Below, piece by piece: positions 56,891 through 64,000 of a DNA stretch of 64,000 nt (position 1 is its first letter; every line of letters starts with the position of its first letter). Origin of the DNA: Lobosporangium transversale (lineage: Eukaryota). The DNA is taken from the NCBI RefSeq assembly GCF_002105155.1, contig NW_019028980.1:248001-312000 (forward strand). Direction: 5' to 3'. The notes beneath the pieces were generated by a model, which worked only from the letters and a program-made list of their open reading frames with translations, ran no database searches and was not told the DNA's origin. The position numbers and the translations under genes are program-made.

Positions 56891-58105
56891 CATTATGCTC
56901 GGAGCGCGATCAATGGACGGCGGAAAATCATGCCGTGTCTTTTTTTCCGATACAAACTCCTTTATTACTACTCCTTTACTACTGCGCACTCTTTTTTTTT
57001 TTTTTTTTTTTTTTTTACATTTTAATATTGCCCGGTTCATTTGGTGACATCCAAATATTTTTCAAATATATTAGAGACAGTTAATGTGTAAAAACCAGCC
57101 AGTTATTATACATATCAATTCAATCGCCGCCTTTGAATAACAAAGTACATGGGTTCACGACAAAATGAACTGAACTGTCCCTGGTGCGCTCGTGATTGCC
57201 AGGTCAAATCAATATGAATCGTTTTTTTTTTTTTTTTTTTTTTTTTATTCAACAACTTTCTTTTACTTTTTATGCCAAATACTCCCAACCAGTTCCATCC
57301 TCTATTCATTCTTGCGATTTATACGCTCATACTCTTGGGGAAAGCATAGAGCTGAGATTAAACAAACAGCAATTGACAGGTGGCATCAGGCATTTTGGTT
57401 AGTTGGTTTTGAACCAGTTCGGAATAAATAAATATATATATTTAAAAGAAGATGTATCAAGAGGAGTGAAGGCTACCTCGGATATAAAATGAAGGAGATG
57501 CGCGATAGCAGCAATGGATCAGACCCACAATGGTATCAGGAAAAAAAGAAGTACACCTACAGTAACATTATAACCCTAGCCACCACTTTATCTCAATTAG
57601 GCATATAAACCAAAAGATGGAAGAACAAACATTAAAGGGATCATTGTTGTTGACACAAAGACACACATGGAAGATTGCTTCACTTTCTCCATGATGACAT
57701 GAGATAAGAGTAATTATGGCTATAGAACTCGAGACTTTTTTGTCTTCAGATCTGTACTGTACATGCCCAGAATACATGTCTCGCTCGCTGGGATAAAAAA
57801 AAAGAGCTATTTTTGTCTGATCTTTCTCCCACCAATTTTCTCTCTCACTCTTCCTCCCTCCGTTTTCACTTTCCCCCTTTCTTTCCATCCTTCTCACCCT
57901 TTCACTCTTTCTCGCTCTTTCTCCTCCTTGCTTTAAAGCTAGTCAACTTCACTCAGTTTATAAAGGACTAAGGATCGTCTGGACTAACAGGACCGACAAG
58001 ACTCAATCACTCTGTCTCACTGCGCATGAAGGACACTATCAGCAGGCATATTGCTCCTTCCTTTGCTCTCGATATTGACTCTGCTTCTAAATATCCTCAA
58101 CCACC

Positions 58106-60006
58106 ATGGCCTCTACAATTAACAATGGTCCTATCATTACAGACGACTCCTCTTCCACTCTAAGACCACGCTCCTCTGCTCACGAACGATCCAACTCGCT
58201 TCGCCGCAAAGCTAGTATCGATAGTCAGACTGGACAACCCTACCACTACGATCACAGAAGACATCACCATCACGATCCCACCAAAGGCCGATCACCCTCC
58301 CCACCAGAGAGTCTTCAGCGGACCACTGCAACAGATCAACCCCTATACCGGTACAATGCCGATGGGATTCTTGTTCCTGTTCAAAGGACCGTTGAGCAGA
58401 GCTGGTCTTCGTTTCTGATACAGCATCAGCTAGTACTTTCTTGCTCCATAATTGCCGCTGTCCTTGCCGCTCATGCGCTCATTATCTCCAACGAAATTCG
58501 CAATGGCCACAAGGTCGACTGGATTGCAAGCCTTACAGCCTTTATTCCGCCCCCCCTTTGGCAACGCATGCCTCTGTCCTGGACAAGAGCCACATTAGGA
58601 GGTCCTGCCATAGTCAAAAAGTGGGCAATGAAGCCAGGGGCATATAACCCTAACGAAGCATGGTCTTCGCTTGCTATGGCACTACAGTACCAGGAAATCA
58701 TTGTCGATGGGCTCACTGGAGAAAAGCAGGTTCTCTATGGAAAAGGATGGAATGATCTGTATATGGTGGCTGTGTGGGTGATGATCTGGACAGCATTGCG
58801 TGAGGCAGCCATGACTTTTGTCTTTATCCCACTCGGACGGCATTTTGGAGTCGGGGACAGGAATAAAAAGAATGTCAGGAAAACAACGCAAACTGCCAAT
58901 ACTGAGAAAAAGCTTGGGACAAAAGGAACCGTCACTGAAACCGTCCTGAATAATAAGGTTCAGAATATGCAACAAATTTATGCCCGTGAAGGCAAACTAT
59001 TGCGTTTTGCGGAACAAGGTAATAGAAGAAGGAAGAAAAAAAAAAAAAAAAAAAAAAAAAAAAGAAAGAAATACGTGCTCCGTTTTTCAATATTAAGATT
59101 ATAAAAACCTCCCTCAATTTCTATCGATTTCTTAGGGTGGCTGGTTCTTTATGACGGCTGCATGTGGACGTTCGGCATTGTAAGTATGAAAGAGATCGAA
59201 AATGGAAAAAAAAAATATGCAGGAACATGTCTGATAGCTATTTTTGCTCTTACAAATAATAGTACCTGTTGTATCACTCCCAATACTTGACCGACACAAC
59301 GTATTACTGGCGTGACTATCCCAAGACTCATTTGGATGCAACTATGAAATGGTATTACCTGATACAGTTCGCTTTCTGGCTCCAACAGCTTCTACTTGCT
59401 ATCCTCGGTATTGAGAAGCGACGCAAAGATTTCCTCGAGTATATGATTCACCACATTATCACCTGTCTCTTGATCGGGTTTTCATACTCGTTCAATCTCA
59501 CCTCAGTTGGACATGCAGTCCTTTGTTCGATGGATTTTTCAGACATTGTACTTGCAGCCTGCAAGATGCTCAAATACATGCATAAGGATCAATTAGCAGA
59601 CATTGGCTTTGTATTTTTTGTCTTTACCTGGGTCCTGACTCGCCATTATTGTTATGGTGTCATCATCTGGTCTTGTTTTGTGGAGGCTCCCAAGTATGCG
59701 ACCATGATCTGGGATCCCTCCAAGGGGATGTACTTTACACCTCGAATTCTTCAGGGATTTCAAGTCTTGCTTTGCTCTCTTTATACGGTCTTGATGTTCT
59801 GGCTGGCTATGATCATTCGTGTGGTTATGAAGGTACTCAGGGGTGAGAATAGTGAGGATGTTCGAAGTGAAGTTGAAGATGAAGATGAGTATGAGTTTGA
59901 TGAAAAAGTAACATCGCCTGAGGAGCAAGCTCTTATCCAGGAGGCAAGAGAGAAACATTTCTTTGATGTACCCGCTCCCCAGTCAAACAATGCCATTTCG
60001 ACATAA
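58106..60006 (+). CDS. LAG1: Ceramide synthase (sphingosine N-acyltransferase), TRAM-LAG1-CLN8 family (exons 58106-59018, 59136-59179, 59263-60006)
   Basis: YGKGWNDL, KLLRFAEQGW, YWRDYP, KWYYLIQFAFWLQQ, Lag1 motif EKRRKDFLEYMIHHIITCLLI, MDFSDIVLAACKMLKY and EDVRSE acidic tail. LAG1 versus LAC1 cannot be resolved by eye. Confidence 0.92.
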
Positions 60007-61812
60007 GCCTTTTTGAGGCAGACATTCTGTTCATGTCAGGAAAAAACCCCTTCTGTCTATCAGAATATTACTTTACAATCTTCTATTTTCTCCCCCCTTT
60101 TTTTATTTTATTTCCCCATTTGTAACATTATCGTCTCCACTTCCATTATTATTACCTCAGTACTACAGAAGAAAAATTGAGGCAAACTCAATAAACGTTG
60201 GTTGGATCAAAGACGTTGGATCATATGACGCCTTTGGGTCGTACGAAAATAATTCATTGATCTTTCATCAATACTTGTTCATTGTCGTTATCATCATTGC
60301 TCTTAGTCAGTCTCGTCCCTGTATATGTTTCTATGCTTTGTACAACTTATTTTTTGCTTCCTGATATGCTTTGTGTGGGTGTCATTTAAAAGCGCGCTGC
60401 GACCACACTCTTGTGTTTCCAAATCTTTATGTTGGTTGTCTATGGAATAATGAGATGTAATGTCTCTGGATATGTTGGCACTCTGGGTTAGATATGAGTT
60501 TTATGGAACGAGAAAAACCAACGCTGTATCTATTTCGCGCATTCAGATCCACTGGACTTAAAGTTAGTCCAGCAAACAACAAACAAACTTATCAGACCAG
60601 TTATTTATTCCCTTGATACACATGTATAACCTTGTACATGTAGAATATCTCCGAGAATATCTCTTTCAACCATTACACGTGGCCAGACGATTAATGGACA
60701 CAGCACAGACTAGAACGTATGCGACATCACTCAAGAAGAATATACTAATGTACTAATGAAGGCTGGACTGAAGTAAGGACATTTGACACATCATAGATAG
60801 CAAAGACCACGCGGTGACCTTCCTTACAAATCAAAAACAAGCACAGTGGGAAGCAACAAGCTGAAATCGGGCCAATCAGATCTGCAATGATACCAATACC
60901 TCTGGTAGAAATCAAGGTGTATCCTGGATCTTTAGAGATTCACATACCGATATAAGCTCTGCGAGCTTCATATAGACAAGTGGCGCCTGAGAGAAATGAC
61001 TTGAATAAGCAATAAGTTTAGACTATAAACATACGACTTGATGTCCGTGCATCTAACAATTTATGTTGGACTACATGTCATCGTGAAATAGTGGCATACA
61101 TAAAAACCATGCGGAATGTTACACATGTGTTCTTCACTAAGTTTGTTCTGTGTTCTAGCGGAAGGGTGGGTCTAAATGTCACCTCATTCGTCTGCATTCT
61201 CCATATACACAACTATATCCTTTTTTATTTTTGTTCTTATTTAAAGTGCCGAAAAGAAACAGTACCATAAACGAATCCAACTCTTGTTGCCTGAGACATG
61301 ATCCCTCCAACCTTCCTCTTCTGCAATATCGCTCGGATGGAATGAAGTTTTTTTTTGAGGATGCTCAGATCTTTGAGCATGAAGCTTTGGGTTCGAAGAT
61401 TCAGCTTCGATTAATTTGCTTTTCCTCTAAGACCTATTCTGGAGCAGATTGGAATGAGCTTCGCCGTGAAGTGATGCAGGGGATGAAAAGCAAAATCTGA
61501 AAACTAGATGGTCTTAGTTGACTTGTTTAATCCATTGGAGAGAACTATGATCATCATAATGCGTAACCTTGAGGTAGATATGGAACTAAGTGTAGTATAC
61601 CGATGTTCAAACTCTGGTAGTAACGCAGGTTCCCTTCTAGCCATCTTTCATGGACGTCATATATTCTAATTAAGATTAAAGGGAAAACAGAGATAATTAC
61701 AATTCAAGGGCAAAGCGACTTCCAAATCACAGTTCCTTTATTAATCTGTGAATAGAAAATAACTAATTCAAAATTTCGTCAAGCAAAAATGGGATAAAAA
61801 TCGGTTATTATG

Positions 61813-63206
61813 CTACGCTTTCATCCTGTTTTTGAGAGTTGAAGGCGCAACACCGAATCCCTCTGTTGATGTTATGCCGAATTCACTGCAAATGACTTTG
61901 ATCATGGCAAAGTGATGGACCTAGTTATTGAGATTAAAGATATTGAGCATATGCTGTTATTACTCGATGATTACATTTATGACACTCTTCTTGCAGCCCA
62001 GGATGCATCTTATTTACCGCATGAAGACTACAGAACCAGAGCTCACGCCCAAATGTCGTTTCGAAAGTAACAGGTGCATGTGAAGGATCAATGGTAGCCT
62101 GAAGTTTTACCGGACTAGATAAGTCTGTTGTCATCTTCAATGATGATGCTTCTTGTGGGTGTGACCGACACCGCTCGAGTGCATGTTGCAGCTTTTGAAG
62201 TTCGCTGATAGCGACGTCGATATCTGTTTCCATAGGGATCTGTGTGTAAGGAAAAATAAAAAATAAAAAATAAAAAATAAATCCGAGTAGCAGTTGGTAT
62301 TGGCCCCCATGGTTAGATGGCCATATAATCGAGTGCATAATAAGATCAATGCATGCTTTTTACCTCCCGAGACCGATGATCATAGTCCACAGACCATTCA
62401 TGCTTATCAGAGCCCTAGATTAAAGAGAGAGGAATGACATCAATCAGCTGTTGTCTAGACTCGAGAACAACTGGTAGAAAGAGCATGAGCCTTCTCTTTC
62501 TAGACCGGGCTGTAAGGAGATGGTACGTAAAAATGTACAAATTTACAAATTTGTTGTGGAGTAGAAGTCAAGTCGTGTGGTTGTGTTTCTGGAGGCGCGT
62601 GACACCATTGATCCCCCCACACTTTAAAGAAGGCCCATGCACAGCACTACCGAGTAAACGAGTAAGCGTTTTGATGATACCCTCCTCCTCCTTGTATGTA
62701 TCTTTAGACTGCGTCATCCACTCATCATGGCATTAATTTTAGAGCATAATGAGAAGCATTGCAATCCAACTTTATAATGTGCTTACCATGCATGGAGGAT
62801 AAGAAGTGAGAAGAATACGGTAGTGATCATGGAGGTGTCGAACATGCTTTCCAATCGTGCCTTGACAGGCCAAGGCTGATGGTTTAGTATAAATCTCAGA
62901 ACGTTTACAAGGCGTAATGGCCTTGATCGATGATTCTTTCTTGCTATTTACATCTGAGTGTTTGCCTTCGTCCTGCTCAGCCTCTTTTTCTGCAGCAACC
63001 GCATCCTTGATGGACAAAAGTAGATCTGCGCAGTCTTTTAAAGAGCGAGCTGCGACAGTGAATATGTGTTGAGAAGAGCTCTCATTATCATCATCGATTG
63101 TTCCCGTTGTACTTGTGGTTGATTTTGAAGAAGGGGAGGGAGGGTTCTTTGATAGGTTAGCACTGTTAGGCACAGTTGCAGCCAACATCTCTAGAGTGGT
63201 CACCAT
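61813..63206 (-). CDS. DinB/YfiT-like putative metalloenzyme (exons 63206-62787, 62414-62364, 62239-62018, 61920-61813)
   Basis: The spliced product contains GTIGKHVRHLHDHY, VDYDHRSRE-IPMETD, TTFGRELWFCSLHA-VHHFAMIKVI and FGVAPST, with the His triad typical of DinB-like proteins. All junctions are phase-0 GT-AG. Confidence 0.82.
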
Positions 63207-63392
63207 TTTTCTTGAATGTAGGGAAATGCAACAAAGTGAGATGGAATAAGGAATGAGATCTAATGAGCTGTAAATACGACAGTTGAAAGTATGAAGAAAA
63301 AAGACAAGAAGGATGGGATGGGATAAGATGGCGTCAAATCTGTGCAACCATCAGATTCTCATTCCACGTGAGATCTATTATGGTCCATTTTA

Positions 63393-64000
63393 TTAGGGAG
63401 CATGTTGAACACTTCTCTTATTGCTGTTGTTCTCACTGTTGATAATCTTCTGGAGCAATTGTCTTGCCTGCGCCACTTCAGGGACACTACCCATCATCTC
63501 CCGACGCACAATCCCATACTTCCATACAAGCTCGCGTGGATAACCCTGCATTGCAAGCATCTCTTCCAAGATATTCCTTGAGTTCAAGAAGCCTAGCTGT
63601 TGCTTCATACTCTGCAAAAGATTATCGAGCGCATTCCGATCTTCATCATCCTCCTTGCTCTTCTCCATACCCTTATCTATTGTCGCTTCACCTATCGCTT
63701 TGCCAAGCTTGGAGTACGGCGTAACTTCCTCCCATTCGGCCTCTGAATCATTTTCACCATCCACTTTCTCTTTTTCATGGCCATCTTCCTCCACATTTGC
63801 CTTTAATTCATTAGGAGCAGCTTTTGCGGTCTGCTGGTGTCCCCTTCGGTTTTTTTGATGCCAACCGGTAATCCACGCCAGAACTGGTGCTGATACTAAA
63901 TTCACGGAAATAAAGTCCCGTGGTAAGAGTGTTACATCGTATCCATCTAATGCGAGTTCTCCGCGAACATAGTGATCCAACTCTCGTTTTTTGATCTCCC
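63393..64000 (-). CDS. Hypothetical protein, C-terminal part (gene begins beyond the window)
   Basis: Open frame from the window edge (EIKKRELDHYVRG...) to TAA at 63393, with coding-like composition. I do not recognise the family. Confidence 0.65.
   Translation of the reverse strand, partial: EIKKRELDHYVRGELALDGYDVTLLPRDFISVNLVSAPVLAWITGWHQKNRRGHQQTAKAAPNELKANVEEDGHEKEKVDGENDSEAEWEEVTPYSKLGKAIGEATIDKGMEKSKEDDEDRNALDNLLQSMKQQLGFLNSRNILEEMLAMQGYPRELVWKYGIVRREMMGSVPEVAQARQLLQKIINSENNSNKRSVQHAP

Noticed and set aside
51797..60006. Possible lipid or secondary-metabolite cluster (P450 plus ceramide synthase)
   Set aside because: Interrupted by F-box and NSE4 genes; no backbone synthase, transporter or regulator.

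Overview
Gene-dense eukaryotic DNA with spliceosomal introns, most consistent with an early-diverging fungus (Mucoromycota, Mortierellaceae-like; inferred from protein families, the intronless F-box/LRR genes and intron style). I can reconstruct about 20 protein-coding genes, mostly to exon level. In order: pyruvate carboxylase (first exon only), bZIP factor, SPB1, malate synthase, an ER-luminal EcsC-like/LEA-like protein, MIF2/CENP-C, NPT1 (split by a 1-nt frameshift), a small secreted protein, IVY1-like I-BAR protein, CHS4/SKT5, a DUF3712-like protein, a Sld2-RecQ fusion helicase of the animal RECQL4 type, two F-box/LRR proteins, a cytochrome P450, a third F-box/LRR protein, NSE4, ceramide synthase, a DinB-like protein and a partial hypothetical gene. 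I found no tRNA, rRNA, CRISPR array or intact transposon. Poly(dA:dT) tracts of about 20-33 nt are pervasive in non-coding DNA. The best leads are: (1) a -1 frameshift in NPT1 exactly at an A_AAA_AAG slippery heptamer (recoding versus homopolymer error); (2) a full RECQL4-type Sld2-helicase fusion in a fungus; (3) long introns with internal acceptors leading to premature stops (PYC, IVY1 GC-AG intron, DinB-like); (4) an intron bounded by GU-A27...U25-AG. All calls come from reading the sequence; no searches were run.
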